NCBI RefSeq assembly: GCF_051252315.1
Contig: NZ_JBPOFP010000004.1
Coordinates: forward strand, 16,712 to 80,711
Direction of reading: 5' to 3'
Length of the DNA stretch: 64,000 nucleotides
Source: Paraglaciecola sp.
GTDB taxonomy: Bacteria; Pseudomonadota; Gammaproteobacteria; Enterobacterales; Alteromonadaceae
Every line of letters starts with the position of its first letter. The stretch's first letter is position 1. Under the pieces are notes generated by a model. That model ran no database searches. It was given only the letters and a program-made list of their open reading frames with translations, and was not told the origin of the DNA. Below are positions 21,702-32,474 of the stretch, piece by piece. Both the position numbers and the translations under genes were made by a program.

Positions 21702-23321
21702 TTATTTTTCATGTTCTTGTTTAATTAAGTCAGCACATTTTTCGGCAATCATAATAGTTGGAGCATTAGTATTACCACCTATTAAGCTTGGCATAATTGA
21801 GGCATCAACTACTCTTAATCCGTCAATGCCTACCACTTTTAGTTCTGGGTCAACGACTGTCATATGGTCATTCACATCACCCATTTTACAAGTACCAATT
21901 GGGTGATAAATACTTTCAGCTTTGCTTCGAATGAAATCAATGATTTCTTCGTCTGTTTGTGTCTCATTGCCTGGTAACACTTCTGTTGATGTATATTGGT
22001 CAAAGGTACTCGCGGCTAATATTTTTCGGCCTTTACGCACTGCCGCAATTAACACTTTGACATCAGCTGGATCAGTTAAATAATTAGGGTTAATGGAAGG
22101 CGGTTTTGCAGGGTTAGATGAGTTTAATTTTATCTCGCCGCGGCTTTTAGGGTACAAATCACATACGTGCAAACTAAAACCATATCCCCATGCAGTAGCA
22201 CGTCCATGATCCTTAATGACAGCGGGTAAAAAGTGATATTGAATATCGGCAATTTCCTTTGCATATTGGGTTGTGTCAAACCCACCGGCTTCAGCAATAT
22301 TGCTAGTTAACAAATCTTTTTTGTTAAACACAAAGTTAAATGCCGCGCGAATATATCTTGGAATAAGTGCCGGCATCACGGCGTAACTATCGCGACTTTT
22401 ACACTTATGTTGAATAATAATGTCTAAGTGATCTTGTAAGTTTTGACCTACCCCCGGTAATTCATGTTCCACAGGAATATTATGTTGTTGAAGATGATTT
22501 TTAGGCCCAATGCCAGATAACATTAATAGCTGGGGAGAATTGATGGCGCCAGCGCTTAACAAGACTTCTTTCGTTGCGGTTAACTCTATTGACTCACCAT
22601 CAAGTGTTAATTTAACACCTTGAGTTTTTCCATTTTGGATAAGGACTTTTTCTACCAAAGCATGGGTAACAAGTGTTAAATTTTTACGAGTTTTTGCTGG
22701 CGTTAAATAAGCCTTAGCTGCCGAACACCTTTGGCCATTTTGTTGAGTGACATGGTAATAGCCTAATCCATTACGATCTGCTTGGTTAAAGTCACTTGTT
22801 ATGCCTAAGCCAACTTCTGTGGCCGCTTGCACAAAAGACTCTGACATAACATTGGTATGCCGTAATTTTTGTACATCTAAACATCCTTTAGAACCATGCA
22901 AGGAATGTAAATACGCAGCAAATTTTTCTGACTTTTTAAAATAGGGTAATACCGACTGCCAATCCCAACCTGTTGCTCCTAGCTGATCCCAATGATCATA
23001 ATCTTCAGGAACACCGCGTACATAACACATTGCATTAATCGAACTGGAACCACCTAATACTTTGCCTCTAGGCCAGTAAAGACTGCGGTTGTTTAACTCA
23101 CATTGAGTTTGCGTATTATAATTCCAATTCAGCTTTTTAAATCTAGACAACAATGCCAAGCCAAAAGGAATATGAATTAACGGATTGGTATCCCTTCCTC
23201 CTGCTTCGATCAAACAGACTTCAAAACGACTGTTTTCAGTTAACCTATTGGCTAAAGCACAACCCGCTGACCCCGCGCCAACTATGATGAAATCGTACTT
23301 TTGGGATATGTTTTTACGCAT
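21702..23321 (-). CDS. GMC family FAD oxidoreductase (choline/alcohol dehydrogenase-like)
   Basis: YDFIIVGAGSAG, WPRGKVLGGSSSINAM, GAINSPQLLMLSGIG, YHPIGTCKMG, GNTNAPTIMIAEK. Confidence 0.93.
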   Translation of the reverse strand: MRKNISQKYDFIIVGAGSAGCALANRLTENSRFEVCLIEAGGRDTNPLIHIPFGLALLSRFKKLNWNYNTQTQCELNNRSLYWPRGKVLGGSSSINAMCYVRGVPEDYDHWDQLGATGWDWQSVLPYFKKSEKFAAYLHSLHGSKGCLDVQKLRHTNVMSESFVQAATEVGLGITSDFNQADRNGLGYYHVTQQNGQRCSAAKAYLTPAKTRKNLTLVTHALVEKVLIQNGKTQGVKLTLDGESIELTATKEVLLSAGAINSPQLLMLSGIGPKNHLQQHNIPVEHELPGVGQNLQDHLDIIIQHKCKSRDSYAVMPALIPRYIRAAFNFVFNKKDLLTSNIAEAGGFDTTQYAKEIADIQYHFLPAVIKDHGRATAWGYGFSLHVCDLYPKSRGEIKLNSSNPAKPPSINPNYLTDPADVKVLIAAVRKGRKILAASTFDQYTSTEVLPGNETQTDEEIIDFIRSKAESIYHPIGTCKMGDVNDHMTVVDPELKVVGIDGLRVVDASIMPSLIGGNTNAPTIMIAEKCADLIKQEHEK

Positions 23322-23435
23322 GAATTCAATTACTTTAACCAAGATCGAAATTTAATTATTGAAACACTATACAAGAATGTCATGTTCTGTAAAAATAGCG
23401 CCGCAAAAAATTATAAGATATAACATCGGGGAATT

Positions 23436-25589
23436 ATGAAAAGACCAATACTCGCCTTAAGTTTGTTGTTAGCCTTTGCAGGCTGTAACTCAAGCCAAGT
23501 AGAACAAACTACAAAACCATCAAGTGATCCAATGACAAAATCAAACCTTGTTTACCCTTCAACTCACAAAGGTGAGACTGTAGATACTTACTTTGGCACT
23601 CAAGTAACAGACCCTTATCGTTGGTTAGAAGATGATATGAGTGATGAAACTGCTCAATGGGTAAAAGCACAAAATAAAGTCACTTTCGATTATTTAGCAG
23701 ACATACCTTTTCGGGACAAATTAGCCAATCGACTAGCAGAATTATTAGATTACGAAAGAGTAACGGCACCATTCGTAGAAGGTGATTACAGTTACTTTTA
23801 TAAAAATGACGGTTTGCAAAATCAGTCTGTTTTATATCGTCAAAAACAAGATGCTGAGCCAGAACAATTTTTAAACCCTAATACCTTTAGTGAAGATGGC
23901 ACTACTTCACTTTCAAAAACATACTTTTCTAGTGATGGTAGCCTTTTGACCTACCTGATTTCTGAAGGTGGCAGTGACTGGCGCACAGCCATCACAATTA
24001 ACACTGAAACCTTAAAAGAAGTTACCAGCCAAATAAAGAACATTAAATTTGCAGACGTTTCTTGGTATAGAAATGAAGGTTTCTTTTATGCAAGTTACGA
24101 CAAGCCTGAAGGTAGTGAATTATCAGCTAAAACGGATCAACACAAAATTTATTATCACGAGCTTGGAACTGAACAGTCTAACGACAAACTAGTATTCGGT
24201 GGTACAGAGCAACAAAAGTATCGATATGTAAATACTAAAGTTACCAAAGACAATCAGTATTTAATTATAGATGCGGCAAAATCGACATCAGGCAACAAAC
24301 TATTTATCCAAGATTTAACCAAAGCCAATAGTGAGTTAGTCACAATACTGGACCACTTCGATTCTGACACAAGTTTACTTGATTCCGACGGCTCTGATTT
24401 ATTGTTTGAAACTAACCTTAATGCCCCAAATAAAAAAGTAGTTAAAGTTGATGCTAACAATCCTAGCCCAGAGAATTGGCAAGACTTTATTCCTGAAACT
24501 GACAATGTGTTAAATGCTGTTACTGGTGGTGGTTATATATTTGCACAATACATGGTTGACGCAGTTTCTAAAGTGCAACAATTAGATAAAACCGGCAAAG
24601 TTATCAGAACCATCACCTTACCAGGCGTAGGTACGGCAAGTGGTTTTAAAGGCAATAAAAAACAGCAGTCTTTGTATTACACTTTTACCAACTACAACAC
24701 CCCCAAAACTATCTACAGTTTATCGACACAGGATGGTGTATCGACAGAGTATCGAAAATCAGAAGTGAAATTTTCGGCTGAAGATTATGACTCTAAACAA
24801 GTATTTTACACCTCTAAAGACGGCACTAAGATCCCCATGATGTTAACCTTTAAAAAAGGTCTAGAATTAAATGGCAAAAACCCAACCATTTTATATGGTT
24901 ATGGTGGGTTTAACATTAGCCTTAAACCTAGTTTTAGTGCTACTACCGCAGCATGGTTAGAACAAGGTGGAGTGTATGCTGTAGCTAATTTAAGAGGTGG
25001 CGGTGAATACGGTAAAAAGTGGCATAAGGCAGGTATTACTTTAAATAAACAAAATGTATTTGATGACTTTATTGCAGCGGCTGAGTACCTAACTCAAGAA
25101 AAATACACATCTAGTGATTACTTAGCGATTAGAGGTGGTTCAAATGGAGGTTTATTAGTTGGAGCCGTCATGTTGCAACGACCAGAGTTGTTTAAAGTGG
25201 CTTTGCCTGCTGTGGGTGTTTTAGATATGTTGAGGTACCACACTTTCACAGCTGGAGCCGGTTGGGCATATGATTATGGTACCGCTGAACAAAACAAAGA
25301 AATGTTTGAATATTTATTAGGTTATTCGCCAGTTCACAATGTGAAGCCAAATATAGATTATCCTGCAACTTTAGTTACAACAGGTGATCATGACGACCGA
25401 GTAGTGCCTGCTCATTCATTTAAATTTGCAGCACATCTACAAGACAAACACACAGGTTCAAACCCAACCTTAATCCGTATTGAAACCAACGCTGGACACG
25501 GTGCAGGTACGCCTATTAGCAAAACTATTGAGCAGTACGCTGATATATATGGTTTTACTCTTTACAGCATGGGATTAGAAGCAAAGTAA
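23436..25589 (+). CDS. Prolyl oligopeptidase (S9A), lipoprotein signal
   Basis: LLLAFAG-C lipobox; DPYRWLE, RGGGEYG, GGSNGG (catalytic Ser), DHDDRV (Asp), AGHG (His). Confidence 0.95.
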   Translation: MKRPILALSLLLAFAGCNSSQVEQTTKPSSDPMTKSNLVYPSTHKGETVDTYFGTQVTDPYRWLEDDMSDETAQWVKAQNKVTFDYLADIPFRDKLANRLAELLDYERVTAPFVEGDYSYFYKNDGLQNQSVLYRQKQDAEPEQFLNPNTFSEDGTTSLSKTYFSSDGSLLTYLISEGGSDWRTAITINTETLKEVTSQIKNIKFADVSWYRNEGFFYASYDKPEGSELSAKTDQHKIYYHELGTEQSNDKLVFGGTEQQKYRYVNTKVTKDNQYLIIDAAKSTSGNKLFIQDLTKANSELVTILDHFDSDTSLLDSDGSDLLFETNLNAPNKKVVKVDANNPSPENWQDFIPETDNVLNAVTGGGYIFAQYMVDAVSKVQQLDKTGKVIRTITLPGVGTASGFKGNKKQQSLYYTFTNYNTPKTIYSLSTQDGVSTEYRKSEVKFSAEDYDSKQVFYTSKDGTKIPMMLTFKKGLELNGKNPTILYGYGGFNISLKPSFSATTAAWLEQGGVYAVANLRGGGEYGKKWHKAGITLNKQNVFDDFIAAAEYLTQEKYTSSDYLAIRGGSNGGLLVGAVMLQRPELFKVALPAVGVLDMLRYHTFTAGAGWAYDYGTAEQNKEMFEYLLGYSPVHNVKPNIDYPATLVTTGDHDDRVVPAHSFKFAAHLQDKHTGSNPTLIRIETNAGHGAGTPISKTIEQYADIYGFTLYSMGLEAK

Positions 25590-25612
25590 TCCTTTAGTTT
25601 GGAAGCATACTT

Positions 25613-25636
25613 AAAAGGCACCAACAGGTGCCTTTT
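25613..25636. terminator. Bidirectional Rho-independent terminator
   Basis: AAAAGGCACC-AACA-GGTGCCTTTT between convergent genes. Confidence 0.85.
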
Positions 25637-25671
25637 TATTTGAACAGATTAAAAAATGACGCTAGATCCGC

Positions 25672-27141
25672 TTAATCTTCTCGCATAACTTGATTCCAAA
25701 GGTTTTGATAACCTTCGACAATAAAATAATTATACCCCTCCCAATAGAGTGGAATGAGCTGTTGCGCCTTTTTAGGATCAAACTTATGCGTTAAGGTTTG
25801 TCTGATTTCTAGTAACTTTTTGGGATCTATCCTTTCTAGTTTTTTACGTGCTTTTTCGTAATGCATATTACGGGAGGCTTCAATCACTTCATTTTTCCCA
25901 TATTCTGAAAAAAGTAAGTTTCGACTCACCAAACGACAATTAGGTTCATCGACTTTAGCAGGGTTAAGACCCACCACTAGGGCATATTCATAGTGATTAA
26001 GTTCGATTCCTCTGGCATCTCGAGGTAAATAGACTACGCCATATCCCATAGGGAACTTACCTACAATACTGATAAATGCATTGGCTACTTGTGTACTAAT
26101 TTTCTTTTTACTGGCTAACTGAGCAATTAACACTGACGCATTGGGCAAAGTACTTTTTGAAAATTCCCTTTTTGTGGGAAAAATTATCGATGTGTATATT
26201 TGAGGTATACGTATTATTTCGCTGGTACCCGACTTAGTTGAATTCGCGTCTTTGACTAAGGTTAGTTGAAACTGAATTCGTTTTTCTTCCGCTTCTTTAA
26301 AAGCTTTCACATCTTGAGTAGATCCAACAATGTCCTGTTGTAAACCCAAACCTTGCTCTAAATACTCTAAGGTATATTGATTGGTAAATTTGGCAACTTG
26401 AGTACGTTCAGCTTTATCTAAAGTTCGATATCTGTCTAGGTTACCTTCAAGACCTTCCAAAATTGCGCTGACTTTAGGGTGGAGCAAGCCAATTTCTTGA
26501 AAAATAGCAGCAAACATTATTGGCAATGCAATTGATTGGGTGAAGTTTACGTTGTCTGGCTTACCTATTTCATAACGTGTTTGAGCATCATAATGGCCCA
26601 AAATATGTGTGTTTTTTAACCCTTTTCCTGCTAACAATTTATCTAATAAACGTAAACTTAACACAGCTCGGTAAGAAGGTTTCAAAGATTGGTGTAACTC
26701 GGCAAGTCGTTTACCTTCTCCTGGAGAGAACAATAAAATAGTTGCTAAATATTTAGAACTTTTCAACTGGGTTTCGTCAAACTCTCCGCCTTCAGTTAAC
26801 GAGAGTAATCTTAAGCAAACATCAATGGCATTGTGTAACCGAATCAATCTAGCTTTATTTTGAAGTGATTTTTCTTTTTCGAGTTCTTTTTCTAGTTTCT
26901 CTAGTTCTAATAACTTTATCTTAGGTTTAAATTTAAACAGTGGGGTTGCATCTAATTCTGCCTGAAGCGTCGCTACTTGATCATTTAAATCTTGCAGCTT
27001 AGCCCGGTTTTCGGGCTCTTTTTCAAAATACTCTTCTGCTTGCTTAAACAGAGATTTTTGCCCCCTGGCTTTACCACTAATTGCTTTGACCACAGTGTCT
27101 ACAGCTATGGTGTAATTCGAATTAAATTTTTTATCTAACAA
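25672..27141 (-). CDS. Hypothetical cytoplasmic protein, possibly a degenerate HD/HD-GYP-like fold
   Basis: 489 aa; N-terminal coiled coil; AAIFQEIGLLHP resembles A.L.HDIG; GKFPMGYGV resembles the C-terminal G.YP.G segment of HD-GYP proteins. Confidence 0.6.
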   Translation of the reverse strand: MLDKKFNSNYTIAVDTVVKAISGKARGQKSLFKQAEEYFEKEPENRAKLQDLNDQVATLQAELDATPLFKFKPKIKLLELEKLEKELEKEKSLQNKARLIRLHNAIDVCLRLLSLTEGGEFDETQLKSSKYLATILLFSPGEGKRLAELHQSLKPSYRAVLSLRLLDKLLAGKGLKNTHILGHYDAQTRYEIGKPDNVNFTQSIALPIMFAAIFQEIGLLHPKVSAILEGLEGNLDRYRTLDKAERTQVAKFTNQYTLEYLEQGLGLQQDIVGSTQDVKAFKEAEEKRIQFQLTLVKDANSTKSGTSEIIRIPQIYTSIIFPTKREFSKSTLPNASVLIAQLASKKKISTQVANAFISIVGKFPMGYGVVYLPRDARGIELNHYEYALVVGLNPAKVDEPNCRLVSRNLLFSEYGKNEVIEASRNMHYEKARKKLERIDPKKLLEIRQTLTHKFDPKKAQQLIPLYWEGYNYFIVEGYQNLWNQVMRED

Positions 27142-27477
27142 AATGTAATACCACTTATTTTTTATCTTGAGCGCTGTGTTTAAACACTATTTTATGCCCG
27201 TAAGCTTAATCGAATTAGAGCTTCGTTTGGGGTTATCGGTTAATCCCACAAACTTTGATTATTTTTAATAAAAAACTATTCATAGAGTTGCCGATATGTA
27301 GGAAGTATTTTTGTCTAATTGTTTAGGTGGTTTATGAAAATGTAAATAGAGCCCTACTCTAATAGAAAATGACCAATACCTTCCATGCATAACGCTAAGT
27401 TCCGACGAATTTTGTCTACTCATCTAATCATATATGTAAACAAAAATAAAGCACACTACAGTGAGCGAAGTGCTTGT

Positions 27478-27864
27478 TTAGTCGGTTTTTCCTTTAGGTG
27501 TAACATCGGTTGATTTATCTGTCGCCACAAATGCGCTGGGCAATATTTCAACACCGACTAATCGACCTAATTTTATCGCGATAGGGATAGTAATTGGAGC
27601 GAAAGGTAATACCGCGAAAACACCAATACCTAGACCTTTAATAACATCAAAAAACTGAGCGTTTGCTTCACTCATTTCTTCTTTTGTTGCTTGGCCCATT
27701 GTATATTTTCGATAGATAATTAGCATATCTTTGGTTTCTACCGACTCCTGGCGAAGGGCGAATTTCACCCTCACCATTTGACGCTTAAGATTTATTTTGC
27801 CCTGATTTTTCTTAATCCTAATGACACGAATAGGACTTCTAAAAATCAACAGCCACACTTTCAT
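27478..27864 (-). CDS. Hypothetical protein (LETM1-like short membrane-associated domain)
   Basis: 128 aa; EEM.EAN.QF.DV.K.LG.G...VLPFAPIT.P pattern. Confidence 0.6.
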   Translation of the reverse strand: MKVWLLIFRSPIRVIRIKKNQGKINLKRQMVRVKFALRQESVETKDMLIIYRKYTMGQATKEEMSEANAQFFDVIKGLGIGVFAVLPFAPITIPIAIKLGRLVGVEILPSAFVATDKSTDVTPKGKTD

Positions 27865-27876
27865 TTACGTGAAGGA

Positions 27877-28269
27877 CTAAAGAATGCTGTTAGAGTCATA
27901 CACCACAACATCTTTCCATAAGTAAGCTGCATCCTTAACAAAAGTTAAATGCACGTCTTCAGATTGATATTTATCTTGCTCTTCTTTATTCGCAAATGTC
28001 ACGATTAAACAATAATCGTAACTACTGTCGACTACATCACGAGGAGAACTAGCTTTAGTACCAATATGCTTAGTCTTGACATATTTAGAGGCATTTATAA
28101 ATTTGGTTAAGTGTTTTTCGAAAGCTTCACGCTCTTGTTTACTTTCTGGATTATTAAGCCAAAAATAAACTGAATGAACAAAACCGCCTGCTGCAATTTT
28201 TTCTTGATTTGCATTTGCCATTGAAGATACCCCTAAAAAACAGATTAACACTAAAAATAATTTTTTCAT
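27877..28269 (-). CDS. Dabb family (stress-responsive A/B barrel) secreted protein
   Basis: Signal peptide; FVHSVYFWL, YDY.L.VTF...EEQD.YQ....H..F, VVVYD. Confidence 0.85.
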   Translation of the reverse strand: MKKLFLVLICFLGVSSMANANQEKIAAGGFVHSVYFWLNNPESKQEREAFEKHLTKFINASKYVKTKHIGTKASSPRDVVDSSYDYCLIVTFANKEEQDKYQSEDVHLTFVKDAAYLWKDVVVYDSNSIL

Positions 28270-28447
28270 TTTTCACCATTCTAAATCATTAGATTGTAAA
28301 CAGCCCAGCACTATAAACTAAGTGCTGGTAAATTTTGATAAATTTTTTGATTTAATCACAATTTTACGATGTAAATATTCATAGTCGTAATGCTTGATAA
28401 GAATGGAATCTAGGTGATTTAAGGATTGATAGAAATAAGATAAAGAG

Positions 28448-28477
28448 TAAGACCACAAAGTAAACTTTATGGTCTTA
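28448..28477 (-). terminator. Terminator hairpin after fadR
   Basis: TAAGACCACAAAGT-AA-ACTTTATGGTCTTA, about 13-bp stem. Confidence 0.65.
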
Positions 28478-28486
28478 TTAAAATAA

Positions 28487-29197
28487 TTAGTCGACTAAAC
28501 CTTTAGGAATGTCGTCACGCATTTCTTGCCAAATTTTACCACTTTCTAATCCGTAATCACGAATTGTCATGGCAACTTGTTGATAATCACCATTTTCGGC
28601 TAGTTGTAATAATTGACTGTAATATTCTCGGGTTAAATCACGAGACTTTTGAGTTGAAAAGTAATATCCACCAATACGTGAATACAAACCTCTAAATCCA
28701 TTCATCATTAAAACATATACTGGATTACCTGAAGCAAAAGCTAGATCATGGTGCAGCTGATAATCACAGTCAGCAAATGCTTGAGGATCTTCTGAAATAT
28801 CCCGATATTTATTTAACTGGTCAATACATTCTTGTTGGTTGTTGCGAATTGCACCACGAATATAAACCGCGCTTAAATTAGTTCTAGCAGCTAATAAGTG
28901 GTCAACTAATTCAGAAATACCATCTTCATCCAATCGGGCTAGGGTTTCTAGTATGTTTAGACCGGAGGTCTCCCAAAAGTTATTAACTTTAGTTGGTTTA
29001 CCATGTTGAATGGTTAACCAACCATCACGAGCTAAGCGTTGCAACACTTCGCGCAAAGTAGTACGTGTTACACCAATCAATTCTGACAACTCACGTTCAG
29101 CAGGCAAAATCGTACCGGGTGGAAATCGTCCACTCCAAATTGATTCAACTATATATTCTTCAGCGAACCCTGCTGGACTTTGGGCCTTATATATCAT
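28487..29197 (-). CDS. fadR: Fatty acid metabolism transcriptional regulator FadR
   Basis: [21 protein letters not shown]...[56 protein letters not shown]; divergent from nhaB as in other gammaproteobacteria. Confidence 0.98.
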   Translation of the reverse strand: MIYKAQSPAGFAEEYIVESIWSGRFPPGTILPAERELSELIGVTRTTLREVLQRLARDGWLTIQHGKPTKVNNFWETSGLNILETLARLDEDGISELVDHLLAARTNLSAVYIRGAIRNNQQECIDQLNKYRDISEDPQAFADCDYQLHHDLAFASGNPVYVLMMNGFRGLYSRIGGYYFSTQKSRDLTREYYSQLLQLAENGDYQQVAMTIRDYGLESGKIWQEMRDDIPKGLVD

Positions 29198-29238
29198 GAA
29201 CAACTCACTTCGTTATAATTTTTATTCTCAACTTTCGA

Positions 29239-29255
29239 AACTGATTGTACCAGAT
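29239..29255. promoter_or_regulatory. Candidate FadR box upstream of fadR
   Basis: Minus strand ATCTGGTACAATCAGTT, 12/16 to AACTGGTCnGACCAGTT. Confidence 0.6.
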
Positions 29256-29422
29256 GACATTTGATTGGAACAACGAATCTTTTCATTTGTCACAATTACA
29301 AGCATTAAAAAGGTAAAATAATTTATTAAATATTTTGTAACTACGGGATTTTACAACCATTTTTGTTTACACTGGCTACCTGTAGATCTTAACAATTATA
29401 ATAGTTGCAAGGAAAATTGCAT

Positions 29423-31006
29423 ATGCAGATGTCTTTACCCCAGGCCGTGGCCGCAAACTTTTTAGGAAAAGCACCTAATTGGTACAAACAAGCAATCATT
29501 GCTTTTCTTATTATTAACCCGATTTTATTTGCTATTAACCCGTATGTTGCTGGTTGGGCTTTAGTTTTAGAGTTCATTTTTACATTAGCAATGGCGTTAA
29601 AGTGTTATCCCCTGCAGCCTGGTGGATTACTACTGATGGAAGCCCTATTTATAGGCATGACAACCCCAGAACATATGAAACATGAGATGGTGGTTAATAT
29701 AGAGGTTATTCTCTTGTTAGTATTCATGGTAGCTGGCATCTACTTTATGAAAGACCTTCTGCTCTTTTTGTTCACAAAACTATTATTAAAACTAAAGAAC
29801 AAAATAGCACTCTCCATAGCTTTCGCAGCTGCTTGCGCAGTATTATCTGCATTTTTAGACGCACTAACAGTTGTAGCAGTAATCATCACAGTTGGTTTAG
29901 GTTTTTATTCTATTTATCATAAGGTCGCGTCAGGTAAAGACTTCCATGCCGATCACGATCATTCTCAAGACGAAGAAGTCCCCCACTTAAGTCGTGATGA
30001 TTTAGAAAATTTTAGAGCGTTTTTACGTAATCTTATGATGCACGCGGGTGTGGGTACTGCATTAGGTGGCGTAATGACTATGGTGGGTGAACCACAAAAC
30101 CTAATCATTGCTGATAAAGCAGGTTGGGATTTCGTAGAGTTTTTCATTCGTATGTCTCCTATAACTATCCCAGTATTTTTTGCCGGTTTAGCCACAACCT
30201 TTGTGGTTGAAAAATTTAAGCTGTTTAATTATGGTGCTCAAATTCCACCGGTTGTTCGTGAAATATTAACCGATTACGATACCTACACCACGGCAAACCT
30301 AACGATTCAAGACAAAGCTAAGTTAGGCGTTCAAGGACTAATTGCACTTTGGTTAGTTGTTGGATTAGCTGGTCATCTAGCTGCTGTAGGCCTAATTGGC
30401 TTATCTATTATTGTGCTAGCTACCAGTATGAGCGGCGTAATTGACGAACACTCTATAGGTAAAGCTTTTGAAGAAGCCTTGCCATTTACTGCTTTATTAT
30501 GTGTATTTTTTGGCGTAGTTGCGGTCATTATCGACCAAGGTTTATTTACCCCTGTTATTACGTGGGTATTAACCTTTGAAGGTAAAACCCAGTTAGTCAT
30601 GTTCTATCTGGCCAATGGGTTACTTTCTATGGTCAGTGATAATGTATTTGTAGGTTCTGTATACATTACCGAAGTCACTGCTGCTCTAAATAACGGTGCG
30701 ATTACTCGTGATCAGTTCGACATGTTAGCAGTAGCAATCAATACGGGAACTAACTTACCAAGTGTCGCGACTCCAAACGGTCAAGCCGCATTCTTATTCT
30801 TATTAACCTCGGCCATTGCACCTTTATTAAGATTGTCTTATGGCACTATGGTTTATATGGCTTTGCCATACACAATCGTACTTACTTTAGTTGGCTTAGC
30901 AGCTACCTACTTAGGGCTATACGAACTTACAGAATGGTTATACGAGATGCACTTAATTGAACACCATGTAACAGGCGCAGCAGACGCCGCACCTGCAGCA
31001 CACTAG
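29423..31006 (+). CDS. nhaB: Na+/H+ antiporter NhaB
   Basis: [77 protein letters not shown]; SD AAGGA before ATG 29423. Confidence 0.98.
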   Translation: MQMSLPQAVAANFLGKAPNWYKQAIIAFLIINPILFAINPYVAGWALVLEFIFTLAMALKCYPLQPGGLLLMEALFIGMTTPEHMKHEMVVNIEVILLLVFMVAGIYFMKDLLLFLFTKLLLKLKNKIALSIAFAAACAVLSAFLDALTVVAVIITVGLGFYSIYHKVASGKDFHADHDHSQDEEVPHLSRDDLENFRAFLRNLMMHAGVGTALGGVMTMVGEPQNLIIADKAGWDFVEFFIRMSPITIPVFFAGLATTFVVEKFKLFNYGAQIPPVVREILTDYDTYTTANLTIQDKAKLGVQGLIALWLVVGLAGHLAAVGLIGLSIIVLATSMSGVIDEHSIGKAFEEALPFTALLCVFFGVVAVIIDQGLFTPVITWVLTFEGKTQLVMFYLANGLLSMVSDNVFVGSVYITEVTAALNNGAITRDQFDMLAVAINTGTNLPSVATPNGQAAFLFLLTSAIAPLLRLSYGTMVYMALPYTIVLTLVGLAATYLGLYELTEWLYEMHLIEHHVTGAADAAPAAH

Positions 31007-31017
31007 GTGACAAATAG

Positions 31018-31527
31018 GTGTTAACTAACCTTGTAGAAAAAAAGGCGGCATGGGCACTTCTCTTTGGGTCGTGCCTAAGCCTTGAGTTAGCTGCGCTGTA
31101 TTTCCAATATGGTATGCAGCTTGCTCCATGCATCATGTGTATCTATCAAAGAACAGCCATTTTCGGTATTTTGTTCTCAGCTATTCCACCACTAATAGTG
31201 AACAACATACTCACTCGGTTGATTGCTTATATTTTTTGGGGCGTGTCTTCTATCTGGGGACTACTAATCGCCATCGAACATGTAGACATACAAACGGCTG
31301 TTAATCCCTTTTTCGCTAGCTGTGAAATAGTACCTAACTTTCCTAGCTGGGCTCCATTACATGAATGGTTACCAGCCATTTTTGAAGCGAGCGGAGATTG
31401 TGGTGATATAGATTGGCAATTTTTCGATATGAGCATGCCACAATGGATGATAGTTATTTTTGCAGCTTATAGCGCAACGTTTGTTTTAGTAGTGCTGACT
31501 AGGTTGCTAAAAGCTAAAAAGTTTTAA
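31018..31527 (+). CDS. dsbB: Disulfide bond formation protein DsbB
   Basis: PCIMCIYQR, FASC, ASGDC, MPQW motifs; follows nhaB. Confidence 0.96.
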   Translation: MLTNLVEKKAAWALLFGSCLSLELAALYFQYGMQLAPCIMCIYQRTAIFGILFSAIPPLIVNNILTRLIAYIFWGVSSIWGLLIAIEHVDIQTAVNPFFASCEIVPNFPSWAPLHEWLPAIFEASGDCGDIDWQFFDMSMPQWMIVIFAAYSATFVLVVLTRLLKAKKF

Positions 31528-31541
31528 ACTAATTAAAATAA

Positions 31542-31568
31542 TAGTAGAGGTTGTCATAACCTCTACTA
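31542..31568. terminator. Bidirectional terminator between dsbB and ycgN
   Basis: TAGTAGAGGTT-GTCAT-AACCTCTACTA, 11-bp perfect stem. Confidence 0.75.
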
Positions 31569-32057
31569 ATCTATGTCTTCCATTGGCCAAAGCGCAATAT
31601 AGTCTTCAAAATTTTCCATTTCTACATCGTGATCATAAACTGTCTTGCCTCTAACCGACATACCACTTTTGTGCATTGCTGACTTCTTCCCTTTATTCAG
31701 TAATGGATGCCAACTGGGTAACCCCCTTCCTTCATGTAATCGCCTATAACTGCAGCTAGCAGGCATGAAAAATATTTCTTGTAAATTATCTTTGGTTAAC
31801 TTCACACACTCAGGTACTAACTTGGTACGCTCGTTATATTTAGTACAAGAACAAGATTTAGTATTTAATAAACCACATACAATATTGGTGTAATGTATTT
31901 TTTCACCTTTACCTAGGTAATCTGTGGGCGCAGCATCAACTACAGCTTCATCATCTATAAATTTATGTAAACAACATTTAGCGCAACCATCACACAAGGA
32001 TTCCCATTCTTGTTGATTCATTTCTTCTAGAGGCTTAGTTTCCCAATATTTATCCAC
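31566..32057 (-). CDS. ycgN: YcgN/UPF0260 cysteine-cluster protein
   Basis: EWESLCDGCAKCC, C..Y.ER...VP.C.KL, P.SCSYRRL.EG..LP.WHPL. Confidence 0.93.
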   Translation of the reverse strand: MDKYWETKPLEEMNQQEWESLCDGCAKCCLHKFIDDEAVVDAAPTDYLGKGEKIHYTNIVCGLLNTKSCSCTKYNERTKLVPECVKLTKDNLQEIFFMPASCSYRRLHEGRGLPSWHPLLNKGKKSAMHKSGMSVRGKTVYDHDVEMENFEDYIALWPMEDID

Positions 32058-32069
32058 GATTCGCTCTTC

Positions 32070-32459
32070 TTATTTAGGGGGAGTATCGAATAACAACCAA
32101 ATCAGCGCTTCACTTCGAGTTTCGAAGTTTCTAATTGATAATGACAATTTTCGGGCTATTTCAGCGATTATATTTTGACTGTTTTGTTCACCAGATGTGA
32201 TCCTAGCAATTTTAATGTCGCCCATTAAGTCGAGCTCAACTACGTCCATTAAAAAATGGGAAATTTCAATGCTCGTACAATTAATTCGTAAGGCAGTGAC
32301 ATCTAATACAATGTTACGGATCCGTTCTTTGCCAGCAAGTTTGACCATGTTTTTAAACATATACTCCATATCAACATGCTGATTTAGCTCACCTTCTGCT
32401 TCGCAAATTAATATTTGATTTGCTTGGTCAACTTGATATGTAAATGAGTAGTTTTTCAC
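32070..32459 (-). CDS. Hypothetical protein, STAS/SpoIIAA-like fold suspected
   Basis: 129 aa; IVLDVT, KIA.I, C-terminal F.TRSEAL.WL pattern. Confidence 0.6.
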   Translation of the reverse strand: MKNYSFTYQVDQANQILICEAEGELNQHVDMEYMFKNMVKLAGKERIRNIVLDVTALRINCTSIEISHFLMDVVELDLMGDIKIARITSGEQNSQNIIAEIARKLSLSIRNFETRSEALIWLLFDTPPK

Positions 32460-32474
32460 TGTGGGTATGTCTAA

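Noticed and set aside
27142-27477. Long leader upstream of the HD-like gene, examined as a possible c-di-GMP riboswitch
   Set aside because: No GEMM-type motifs (GCAAAC...GAAA...GACGCAAAGC) found on either strand; only weak local hairpins. An Infernal/Rfam scan would settle it.
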